64,000 nt of DNA, taken from assembly GCA_030390025.1 (NCBI GenBank), contig CM059431.1, positions 99,512,001-99,576,000 on the forward strand. Direction: 5' to 3'. Within the stretch, counting starts at the first letter, position 1. Every line of letters begins with the position of its first letter. Positions 49,703-60,879 of the stretch are shown piece after piece. The translations under genes and the position numbers were made by a program. The DNA is from Squalus acanthias (Eukaryota). Below the pieces are notes generated by a model. That model did no database searches, had not been told where the DNA came from, and saw only the letters and a list, made by a program, of their open reading frames with translations.

Positions 49703-50098
49703 TGGATTTATTGGTGACTATCGTATATTTATGGCCCCTAGTTTTGGTCTCCCCCACAAGTGGAAACATCCTCTCGATGGCCACCCTATCAAACCTTTCC
49801 ATAATTTTAAAGACCTCTATCAGGTCACCCCTCAGCCTTCTCTTTTCTAGAGAAAAGAGCCCCAGCCTGTTCAATCTTTCCTGATAGTTACAACCTCTCA
49901 GTTCTGGTGTCATCCTTTTAAATCTATTTGCCCTTTCTCCAGTGCCTCTACATCCTTTCTGTAATATGGAGACCAGACCAGGTGCTCCAAGTGTGGTCTA
50001 ACCGAGGTTCTATATAAGTTTAACATAACTTCTCTGCTTTTGAATTCTATTCCTCTAGAAATTCTATTCTTCTAGACTTGAGAAACAAAGTAACTCAC

Positions 50099-50214
50099 CG
50101 GTTTGCAAGTCGTAGCGGTGGATGAATTCTGTTCAAATATTTCTTAGCTCCGCAGGCCATGTACATTCTTGTGTAACACCGATCTGGAGGTATCACTTCC
50201 CACAACATATTCTT
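50099..50214 (-). other. Candidate spliced exon of an unidentified host gene
   Basis: Acceptor ttgttacctcccacag and donor CG|gtgagt; one open frame KNMLWEVIPPDRCYTRMYMACGAKKYLNRIHPPLRLAN. Protein not recognised. Confidence 0.3.
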
Positions 50215-50264
50215 CTGTGGGAGGTAACAACCATATCAATTTAGTGGCTGAGGAACTGGCACCA

Positions 50265-51220
50265 ACATAAGAACATAGGGGGCTAAATTCGGTTGATTTG
50301 CGCCTCCCGTTAGTGCCCTAAGAGGGTGCTAATGGGGCGCAAATCAACTAACGCCTGGGCGCGGCACCGCTAACGCCTCCCGCAAAATTCAGCGGGAGGT
50401 TAGTGGCGGCGCTGCGCCGCCAGTGATGATGTCATCGCTGTGCACAGCGCCCCGCTCACGCCCTGGATGTAATATTGGGTGGTGCCCCCGACTTACCGCC
50501 GGACGCTATGTCCGCCGGGGTCAGGGGAGCCTACCTGTGGCTAGTTAAAGGGGAGGTGGCAGGCCCTTTAATGAGGGGAGGAAAGCCTGCAGTACCGCGA
50601 CGCGACATGCCGCAGAGCGTGGCGCTGCGGCACGTAGCGCCGCGCTATTGGCTCGCAGCGCCCCAAGAGGGATGCTGGGCGCTTCCAGTAGCGCCCCTCC
50701 TCCCTCTCGGGGTGCTACCTGGGAAAATCGGCTACGGGGGTGCTAACTTTTTGGGGCGCTACCCAATTTTTACTCCATAAGAAATAGGAGCAGGAGTCAA
50801 CCATTTGGCCCCTCGAGTCTTCTCCGCTATTTGATAAGATCATGGCTGATCTTCAACCTCAACTCCACTTCCCGCCCGACCTCCATATCCCTTGATTCCC
50901 AAAAATCTATCGATCTCTGTCTTGAATATACTCAACGACTGAGCCTCCACAACACTCTGGGGTAGAGAATTTCAAAGGTTCACCACCCTCTGAGTGAAGA
51001 AATTCCTCCTCATCTCAGTCCTAAATGGCCGACCCGTTATTCTTCAGACTGTGACCCCTGGTTCTAGACTCCCCAGCCAGGGGAAATCTCCTCTCAGCAT
51101 CTACCCTGTCAAGCCCTCTATGTTTCAATGAGATCACCTCTCATTCTTTTAAACTCCCGTGAATATAGGCCTCATAGGACAATCCCCCATCCCAGGAATC
51201 AATCTAGTGAACCTAGTGAA
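50265..51220 (-). mobile_element. CR1 3' fragment with a MITE in its microsatellite tail
   Basis: (cataagaa)n tail at 50265-50277 resumes at 50777; the body is homologous to 25809-26122. Confidence 0.85.
50278..50776. mobile_element. GC-rich Harbinger-type MITE (family H2) with ATA TSD
   Basis: ATA at 50275-50277 and 50777-50779; TIRs gggggctaaattcgg / cccaatttttactcc. Confidence 0.85.
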
Positions 51221-51739
51221 CTATGTGTTTGTTAGGTGAGGCACGTTAATGCAACTTTGCTTTTACAAAATATGTGACTTCATGAAGATCTTCATTAAGC
51301 AGCCTCTTGTTCTCTTTGTACCCCAGGCAGGATGTGGCTCTGAGTTCGTGATGTAGAGTCTGAACCTGCAACATGGCAATGAAATTCTGTCTTGTTGATG
51401 TGAAAGTGCCAGTTGGAAACACATTTAAATTGCTTCATTAATATTTATTCATGAAATGCCACTTCATGATGCAGAATAAAATAGGTGCAAGTCCTAATGC
51501 GCTTCTCAAAAATAAACCACAGCCCAGTGTATTTATTCGCTTTCCCATTTCAAATGTTTTATGATTTGCTTTCTGCTGCACCTGATCCCTTATAGCCTGT
51601 TATTCCTCTTTACTGCCCTACTATTTCTTGTCTTTCTAAGAGTGCACTTTGTTGTTGTTAAGACTATTCTAAAGTACGTTGTGAAGGCCGTCCCTTCCCA
51701 TCATGACTTTCTTGTACCAACTGAGGACAGTTGATGTGC

Positions 51740-52956
51740 AAGTCCCGCTCACCCATCACCCTGTGTGCTCGCTGACCTACACTGGCTCCATCAACGTCTA
51801 GCACGCATCAGTTTTAAAATTCTCATCCTTATGTTCAAATCCCTCCATCGCCTCGCCCCCCTCCCTATCCCTGTCTTCTTCTTCTTAGGCAGTCCCTCGG
51901 AACTGAGGATGACTTGCTTCCACATTAAAAATGAGTTCTCAGGTGACTGATGAGTCCAATGCGGGACCTACAGTCTCTGTCACAGGTGGGGCAGACGGTG
52001 GTTGAAGGGGCGGGTGGGTGGGGTGCTTGGGTTGACGTGCGCTCCTTGCGATGCCTGCACTTGGCTTCCGCTTGCTCCCGGCGAAGAGACTCGAGGTGTT
52101 CGGCGCCTTCCCGGATGCTTCTCCTCCACTTTGTGCGGTCTTAGGCCAGGGATTCCCAGGTGTCGGTGGGGATGTTACACTTTTTCAAGGAAGCTTTGAG
52201 GGTGTCCTTGAGGCGTTTCCTCTGCCCACCTGGGGCTCTCTTGCCGTGCCGGAGCTCCGAGTAGCGCGCTTGTTTTGGGAGTCTCGTATCGGGCATGCGG
52301 ACAATGTGACCCGTCCATCGGAGCTGATCGAGCGTGGTCAAAGCTTTGATGCTGGGGACGTTGGCCTGAGCAAAAACACTGACGTTGGTTCGCCTATCCT
52401 GCCAATGGATTTGCAGGATCTTGCGGAGGCAGCATTGGTGGTACCTCTCCAATGCTTTGAGGTGCCTGCTGTACATGGTCCATGTCTCTGAGGCATACAG
52501 CAGGGTGGGTATCACTGCTGCTCTGTAGACCATGAGCTTAGTGCCGGGTTTGAGGTCCTGGTCTTCAAACACTCTCTTCCTCAGGCACCGAAGGCTGCAC
52601 TGGCACACTGAAGGCGGTGTTGGACTTCGTTGTCGACCTGTAACCTCCTCCAGTCCTACAACCCTCCGGGATCTCTGCGATCCCCCAATTCTAGCCTCTT
52701 GCACATCCCTGATTTTAATCGCTCCTTCAGCCGCCTGGGCCCCAAGCTCTGGAATTCCCTCCCTAAACCTCTCCGCCTCTCTCTCCTCCTTTAAGATGCC
52801 CCTTAAAAGCTACCTTTACGGCCAAGCTTTTGGTCACCTGTCCTAAGGTCTCCTTATGTGGCTCGGTGTCAAATTTTGTTTGATAATCGCTCCTGTGAAG
52901 CACCTTGGGACGTTTTACTACGTTAAAGGCGCTATATAAATGCGAGTTGTTGTTGT
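51740..52956 (+). mobile_element. L2 3' end split by an RTE
   Basis: VLADLHWL..FKSLH.LAP at 51765-51874 resumes at 52637 and ends in a (ttg)n tail. Confidence 0.9.
51875..52636 (-). mobile_element. RTE LINE 3' fragment
   Basis: TKLMVYRAAVIPTLLYASETWT..QLRWTGHIVRMPDTRLPKQ..GGQRKR; (AAG)n tail; short duplication cctgt at 51870-51874 and 52637-52641. Confidence 0.92.
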
Positions 52957-53309
52957 TTCCTTACATAGGACAAATGTGGGTGTAACATGTCGTCACCACC
53001 TCTGTGTGTGACTGTGATTGACAAAGCCACTATCATTTAGTTTAAGGTTAGCTGTTACTCTTTGTTGTGCATGTCTGTGATGCCTTATCCCTTACAATCT
53101 TTATTGCTTCACACTGCAGTCAATTTAGCTATTGACTCACACATCCCCCAGCTGTGCTAAAAGCCTCTCTACAACAGCTGTGTGTCTTTCTGAAGTGTGT
53201 TTTATCCAACAGCTCTCCAGCTCAATGTTGCATGATTCTACACGCGTCTATCCTTACACACACTCTTAACCGCACCCCCCCCCCCCCCCCCCGCCCATAA
53301 ATGTCCATT

Positions 53310-53770
53310 GAACTTAGGAACAGGAGGAGGCCACTCAGCTCCTCAAGCCTGTTCCACCATTCAATTAGATCATGGCTGATCTGTATCTTAATTCATTTAC
53401 CCACCTTGGTTCCGTAGCCCTTAATACCCTTACCCAACAAAAATCTATCGATCTCCGTTTTGAAATTTTCAATTGACCCCCAGCCTCAACAGCTATTTTG
53501 GGGGAGAGAGTTCCAGATTTCCACCACCCTTTGTGTGAAGAAGTGCTTCCTGACATCAGCCCTGAATGGACTGGCTCTAATTTTAAGGTTGTGCCCCCTT
53601 GTTCTGGACTCCCCCCACCAGAGGAAATAGTTTCTCTCTCTCTACCTCTTCGAATCCTTTAATCATCTTAAACACCTCAATTAGATCACCCCTTAATCTT
53701 CTAAACTCGAGGGAATGCAAACCTAGTCTATGCAACCTGTCCTCGTAATTTAATCCTTTTAGCCCTGGTA
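53310..53770 (-). mobile_element. CR1 3' fragment
   Basis: LNYEDRLHRLGLHSLEFRRLRGDLIEVFKMIKG. Confidence 0.9.
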
Positions 53771-53944
53771 TTTCTGGCCTCTTCACGAGGGTAAGCGCCT
53801 TAGTTGAACCCTGCCCACCCCACCTGCCATCGCGATGTAAAGTAGGAAACCTACTCCTGACTGAAACCATCTGCAGGAGTCTGCAGCACAGGTTCTTCGG
53901 GGGACACCTCAGAACTCAGGCTGGGATGTGTCATCTATTGGTTT

Positions 53945-54449
53945 TCAGTGCTGGGCGCCAGACTTTAGGAAGGATGTGAAGGTTGAGAGGGTGCAGAAAA
54001 GATTTACGCGAATGATTCCAGGGATGAGGGACTTCAGTTACGTGGATAGATTGGAGAAGCTGGGCTTGTTCTCCTTAGAGCAGAGAAGGTCGAGAGGTGA
54101 TTTGATAGAGGTGTTCAAAATCATGAGGGGTCTGGACAGAGTAGATAGAGAGAAACTGTTCCCATTGGCAGATGGGTCGAGAACCAGAGGGAACAGATTT
54201 AAGATGATTGGCAGAAGATCCAAAGGCGACATGAGGAAAAACTTTTTTACGCAGCGAGTGGTTATGATGTGGAATGCGCTGCCTGAAAGGGTGGTGGAGG
54301 CAGATTCAATTGTGGCTTTCAAAAGGGAATTGGATAAGTACCTGAAGGAAAAAAATTTGCAGGGCTACGGGGAAATGGCGAGGGGAGTGGGACTAGCTGA
54401 AGTGCTCTTGCAGAGAGCTGGCACGGGCTCAACGGGCCGAATGCCCTCC
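53945..54449 (+). mobile_element. CR1 3' fragment
   Basis: ORF 53928-54452 contains ERVQKRFTRMIPGM..RGDLIEVFKIMRGLD. Confidence 0.9.
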
Positions 54450-54450
54450 T

Positions 54451-56520
54451 AGAAACATAGAAGATAGGAGCAGGAGTAGGCCATTCGGCCCCTCGAGCCT
54501 GCTCCGCCATTTAATGAGATCATGGCTGATCATCCAAATTCAGTACCCTGTCCCTGTTTTCTTCCCATATCCCTTGATCCCTTTAGCCTTAAGAAATATA
54601 TCTAACTCCTTCTTGAATATATTTAATGAATTGGCCTCAACTGCCTTCTGTGGTAGAGAATTCCACAGGTTCACCACTCTCTGGGTGAAGAAATTCCTCC
54701 TCATCTCAGTCCTAAATGGCTTACCCCTTATCCTTAGACTGTGACCTCTGGTTCTGGACTCCCCCGCCATCGGGAACATCCTTCCTGCATCTAGTCTGTC
54801 TAGTCCTGTTAGAATTTTATAAGTTTCAATGAGATCCCCTCTCATTCTTCTAAACTCTAGCGAATATAAGCCCAATCGACCCAATCTCTCCTCATACGTC
54901 ATTCCTGCCATCCCAGGTATCAGTCTGGTGAATCTTTGCTGCACTCCCTCCATGGCAAGAACATCCTTCCTCAGATAAAGCGACCAAAACTGCACACAAT
55001 ACTCAAGATGTGGTCTCACCAAGGCCTTGTACAACTGCAGCAAGACATCCTTGCTCCTGTACTCGAATCCTCTCGCTATGAAGGCCAACATACCATTTGC
55101 CTTTTTAACCGCCTGCTGCACCTGCATGCTTACCTTCAGCGACTGGTGCACAAGGACTCCCAGATCTCGTTGCACTTCCCCTTTTCCCAATCTATTGCTG
55201 TTCAGATAATAATCTGCCTTCCTGTTTTAGCCACCAAAGTGGATAACCTCGCATTTATCCACATTGGGCCGAAAATTGATCCCGGGACGCGAGAGTACGC
55301 ACTGCATACTCTCGCGTATTCCCACTCCAATTGCCGGTTTTCTGCATGCCCTGCGCATGCGCTGAAAACCGGCAATTGCTCTTCCGAAAAGGGGGCGGGG
55401 CCGGAGTGCATCGCGTGCGCGCTACAGGCTGCGCGCACGCTGTGCACTTCATGCTTTGCACGCGCAGGTAAGTACTGAAGATTTTGGAAATGTAAAAAGG
55501 AGGAGTAAGACCCGCTTTTAAGAAGGTAAGTAGTGAATTAAGTATTTTTTTGAATTTTTTTTTACAGGTATATCTTTTTTATAGACTTTAAAGACAGGTA
55601 AGTTTATTTTTATAACTTTTTAAAAGATTTTAAATTTTTTCAAAAATTTAATTTTTTATTTAAAATGGTTAATTTAATTAACTATACTTATTTTATTAAT
55701 GTGATGGTTTTTTTTTTTAATTTAATTGAGGTTTAGCTGTTATTTTGGGGGGGTGTAAGATTCATAAGTCTCTCAGCCATGCTGTGAGACTTATGAATGG
55801 AAGATGGTGTGCTGCCATTGGCTCTAACTGAGTCACGTGATCCCACAGCTCGCACGAATTAACTACGCCGCTGGGATACGCAAGCCCAGCACAGCTGATG
55901 TCTGGAACATCAATTTCGTGCGAGCTGGATCAGAAAAAGCATAAGCGAGGTGAGACATCGCGGGAAAGGCTTACCCCCGCGGGAACAGAGCGAGATCAAT
56001 TTCTGGGCCATTATACTGCATCTGCCATGCATCTGCCCAATCACCCAACCTGTCCACATCACACTGGAGTTTCTCTGCATCCTCCTCACAGCACACACGC
56101 CCACCCAGCTTTGTGTCATCTGCAAACTTAGAGATATTACATCTAGTTCCCTCGTCTAGATCATTAATATATATTGTGAATAGCTGGGGTCCTAGCACCA
56201 ATCCCTGCAGTACCCCATTAGTCACTGCCTGCCACTCGGAAAAAGACCCATTTATTCCAACTCTTTGCTTCCTGTCTGCCAACCAGTTCTCTGTCCAAAT
56301 CAGTACCTTACCCCCAATCCCATGTGCTTTAACTTTGCACGCTAATCTCTTATGCGGGACCTTATCGAAATCCTTCTGAAAGTCCAAATAAACCACATCC
56401 ACTGGTTCTCCCTTATCTATTCTACCAGTTACATCCTCAAAAAATTCCAGTAGATTAGTCAAGCATGATTTACCTTTTGTAAATCCATGTTGACTTTGTC
56501 CGATCCTGTCACTGTTTTCC
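54451..56520 (-). mobile_element. CR1/HER1-like LINE (RT region) interrupted by MITE H1
   Basis: ORFs 55971-56537 (QHGF, YLDFQK, FADDTKLGG) and 54540-55190. Confidence 0.95.
55266..56009. mobile_element. PIF/Harbinger-type MITE (family H1) with ATT TSD
   Basis: Interrupts the CR1 sequence ttatccacATTatactgca (intact at 30701-30720); TIRs gggccgaaaattgat / atcaatttctgggcc. Confidence 0.92.
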
Positions 56521-56831
56521 TTCTGTGCTGTAACCATTCTATGATTCTATTCTATGAGTCTAGTGCCGATTATCAAACACGAATGAAGCCAGCAATGAGT
56601 CGACTTTAATATACAGGTGTATTGTGACCAGCCGTTCAGCCACCTGCATACTGTGCTCATCCCAGGTGTGAGAGATGGAATATATGCGTAATTTAGAAGC
56701 ATCTGTTTAGGCTGTCCCAGCAGCTTGCATTATTAAATATAATTTCACAATGTGTATTCCATGTCAAGCCTAACGAATATCGTTGCCTGGTCTTTGAGCT
56801 GTCATCCTTAATCAGTGTGAATGGCCATTAT

Positions 56832-57280
56832 AGAAAGAAAGACTTGCATTTATATAGCACCTTTCACGACCACCGGACATCCCAAAGTGCTTTACAGCCA
56901 ATGAAGTACTTTTGCAGGGTAGTTGTAATGTTGGAAACGCGGCAGCCAATTTGCGCACAGCAAGGTCCCACACACAGCAATGTGATAATGACCTAGATAA
57001 TCTATTTTTAGTGATGTTGGTCCCAGGACACCAGGGAGAACTCCCCTGCTTTTCTTCAAAATAGTGCCTTGGGATCTTTTACGACCACCTGAGAGAGCAG
57101 ACGGGGCCTCGGTTTAAGGTCTCATCTGAAAGACAGCACCTCCGACAGTGCAGCACTCCCTCAGTACTGCACTGGGAGTGTCAGCCTAGATTTTGTGCTC
57201 AAGTCTCTGGAGTGGGGCTCGAGCCCAAGACCGTCGGACTCAGAGGCGAGAGTGCTGCCCACTGAGCCACGGCTGACACT
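56832..57280 (-). mobile_element. Full-length Deu-domain SINE (SacSINE1-like) with a single copy of the 33-bp seed
   Basis: tRNA-like head at 57200-57280, seed cctccgacagtgcagcactccctcagtactgc at 57139-57170, Deu domain, L2-like tail and (tttc)n. Confidence 0.92.
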
Positions 57281-57789
57281 GTAGCCTTGCTTTGCTTTGT
57301 ATTATATAGCAGGACTATTGGAATGTTTTGTCATTATTATAGCAGACCAATTACTGATACCAGCGGACTAGTGCTTAGTGCCTTTGTGTGACAGTGTCCT
57401 CTGTCTGCTGTTTTAACACGGGTGTTAACTTGCTAACTTTAAATGAATTAATGCCTCCACTAAAATAGTGGACAAAGAAATATTCAAATATGTCAAATAT
57501 TCTAGTTCACCAGCATTGGCAGCGTAAGGAACAAACATGTTCACCCTGTAAAATGACCTGAGTAGATAACAGCCTTGATTTGTGTCTTTCAACAAGATGT
57601 TGTGGAGTTTCTCACCATGAATTTCCTCAGCGATTCTCCGTCTCCATCGCTGTAACATATAACAGCAGAGTGGGACAATCTCCGAGGAACGTCACCCTCT
57701 TTCTATATCAACTACAGTTCCTCTGTGAACTTCTCAAGGCCGTGTTAAACTGTACTAGTACAACTGTATTAAAAGCCACTAGTTTGAAT

Positions 57790-58405
57790 CATAAAATCAT
57801 AGAATCATACAGCACAGAAGGAGGCCTTTCGGCCCATTGTGCCTGTGCCGGCTCTTTGAAAGAGCTCTCCAATTAGTCCCACTCCCCCCTGCTCTTTCCC
57901 CAGAGTCCTGCAAATTTCTCCCCTTCAAGTATTTATCCAATTCCCTTTTGAAAGTTACTATTGAATCTGCTTCCACCGCCCTTTCAGGCAGCGCGTTCCA
58001 GATCACGACAACTCGCTGTGTAAAAATAATTCTCCTTATCTCCCCTCTGGTTCTTTTGCCAATTATCTTCAATCTGTGTCCTCTGGTTACCGACCCTCCT
58101 GCCACTGGAAACAGTTTCTCCTCATTGACTCTATCGAGACCAACCCCAGTTTCTCCAGTCTCTCCACAAAACTGAAGTCCCTCATCCCTGGTACCATTCT
58201 AGTCAATCTCCCCTTAACCTTCTCTGCTCCAAGGAGAATGACCTTAGTTTATTCCTAGTAAGAGTGTGAGGTCATCAATTATGCAGTAAATCTCCTTTGC
58301 ACCCTCTCCAAGGCCTTGACATCCTTCCTAAAGTGTGGTGTAGTGTAGAATTGGACACAATACTCCAGCTGAGGCTGAACCCAGTGATTTGTAAAAGTTT
58401 AGCTG
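57790..58405 (-). mobile_element. CR1 3' fragment carrying a ~75-bp insert
   Basis: ORF 57797-58105 contains TRGHRLKI..FTQRVVVIWNALP; insert at ~58212-58286. Confidence 0.88.
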
Positions 58406-58481
58406 CTAGTTGCCTGAGATAACTAACTGCACAGTGCATGCTGTGGGGTCAGGTCGGAACCAGTTCCACCAGAAGGCCTGA

Positions 58482-59913
58482 AATAACCCCACTATTTAAG
58501 AAAGGAGGGAGAGAGAAAACGGGGAACTACAGACCAGTTAGCCTGACATCAGTTGTAGGGAAAATGCTAGAATCTATTATTAAGGACGTGGTAACAGGGC
58601 ACTTAGAAAATAATAATAGGATTGGGCAGAGTCAACACGGATTTATGAAAGGGAAATCGTGTTTGACAAATCTGTTGGAGTTTTTTGAGGCTGTAACTAG
58701 CAGAATAGATAAGGGGGAACCAGTGGATGTGGTGTATTTGGATTTTCAGAAGGCATTCGATAAAGTGCCACACAAGAGGTTATTAAACAAAATTAGGGCT
58801 CATAGGATTGGGGGTAATATACTTGCATGGATTGAGGATTGGTTAATGGGCAGAAAACAGAGAGTAGGAATAAACGGGTTGGCAGGCTGTAACTAGTGGG
58901 GGACCGCAAGGATTAGTGCTTGGGCCTCAGCTATTCACAATCTACATCAATGATTTGGATGAGGGGAGCAAATGCAATATATCCAAATTTGCTGATGATA
59001 CAAAGCTGGGTGGGAATGTAAATTGTGAGGAGGATGCAAGGAGGCTTCAAGGGGATATAGACAGGCTAAGTGAGTGGGCAAGAACATGGCAAATGGATAT
59101 AATGTGGAGAAATGTGAAGTTATCCACTTTGGTAGGAAAAATAGAAAAGCAGAGTATTTTTTAAATGGTGAGAGATTGGGAAATGTTGGTGTTCACAGGG
59201 ACCTGGGTGTCCTTGTACATGAATCACTGAAAGTTAACATGCAGGTACAGCAAGCAATTAGGAAAGCAAATGGTATGTTGGCTTTTATTACAAGAGGATT
59301 TGAGTATAAGAGTAAAGATGTCTTACTGCAAGTATATAGGCTCCTGGTGAGACCACACCTGGAGTATTGTGTACAGTTGTGGTCTCCTTCCCTAAGGAAG
59401 GATATACTTGCCATAGAGGGAGTGCAACGAAGGTTCACCAGACTGGTTCCTGGGATGGGGGGATTGTCCTATGACGAGAGATTGAGTAGACTAGGCCTAT
59501 ATTCTCTAGAGTTTAGAAGAATGAGAGGTGATCTCATTGAATCATACAAATTTCTTACAGGGCTTGACAGGGTAGATGCAGGGAGGATGTTTCCCCTGGC
59601 TGGGGAGTCGAGAACCAGGGGTCACAGTCTCAGGATAAGGGGTCGGCCATTTAGGACTGGGATGAGGAGAAATTTCTTCACTCAGAGGGTGGTGAATCTT
59701 TGGAATTCTCTACCCCAGAGGGCTGTGGAGGCTCAGTCGTTGAGTATATTCAAGACACAGATCGATAGATTTTTGGATATTAAGGGAGTCAAGGGATATG
59801 GGGATAGTGCAGGAAAGTGGAGATGAGGTAGAAGCTCAGCCATGATCTTATTGAATGACGGAGCAGGCTCGAGGGGTCGAACGGCTCACTCCTGCTCCTA
59901 TTTCTTATGTTCT
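58482..59913 (+). mobile_element. CR1/HER1-like LINE, 5'-truncated, RT to 3' tail
   Basis: [31 protein letters not shown] and LVRPHLEYCVQ in ORFs 58438-58896, 58916-59164 and 59074-59826. Confidence 0.95.
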
Positions 59914-60254
59914 TTAAGGCAGTTAAGAGAGCTGGCAGACATCCAGAAGAGCAGACGATGAGACTTTGTAAAAGAGCGACTCAGCTATTTACTCTGTCAA
60001 GCACGTGTACAGCAGCAAGTCTCACTTTGATGGAGGAGCCGGTCGAGAGGCTACAGCGGGTGGGCTAATGACCTCCTGAGGAATCCGCTACGACTCCAGA
60101 CAATGTGTCTTGTGCGGGTGACAGTGGCACTTTGCCCGGAGTGACTCAGCACCAATCCATGCCTCATCAAAGCAGCCAGAAATGGATTGTGCCCTTTCAT
60201 TGAACCAAAACCTGCAGCCAAAGAGCAGCATCAAAGAGCTGTCAGCAATTGGTG

Positions 60255-60598
60255 AAAGGTGTGGATGCGGGGAGGATGTTTCCACTGATGGGTGAGACTA
60301 GAACTGGGGGGCATAATCTTAGAATAAGGGGCTGCCGTTTCAAAATTGAGATGAGGAGAAACTTCTTCACTCAGAGGGTAGTAAATCTATGGAATTTGCT
60401 ACCTCAGAGAGCTGTGGAAGCTGCGACATTAAATAAATTTAAAACGGAGATAGACAGTTTCCTAGCTGATAAGGGAATTAAGGGTTATGGGGAGCGGGCA
60501 GGGAAGTGGACGTGAGTCTAGGTTCGGATCAGCCATGTGGCGGAGCAGGCCCGAAGGGTCGTATGGCCTACTCCTGCTCCTACTTCTTATGTTCTTAT
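60255..60598 (+). mobile_element. CR1 3' fragment
   Basis: ORF 60249-60515 contains MFPLMGETRT.GHNLRI..FFTQRVVNLWN. Confidence 0.9.
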
Positions 60599-60879
60599 CA
60601 TCTTATGATTATGGTGGCAGCACCAAACTTTATTTTGGCAAAGCCGAGTAATCTCAGGAGCCAAGATCCGCAGTATGTTGCTGTCGATGCAGTCAGTGAA
60701 GACCTGCACCCTCGGAATCCTTCAAAACAAAAAGCTGGCAGTGTCTCCTACTAGCACTGTCGCAGCCCAGCCACTATGGTTGGCAGCTGTATGTGTTTAT
60801 GATTATAGTCAGTCTACAATCATTCTGACCATCACCGTTTCTAGATTATGCTTTACCGATGCTGCTGTACTAGTTTAAA

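Larger units (their letters stand above)
42855..50065 (-). mobile_element. Host CR1 3' fragment (42855-42958, 49287-49456, 49703-50065) split by Vingi and fold-back insertions
   Basis: Pieces are collinear with the uninterrupted copy at 9210-9545; ORF 49635-49913 contains LGLFSLEKRRLRGDLIEVFKIM. Confidence 0.85.
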
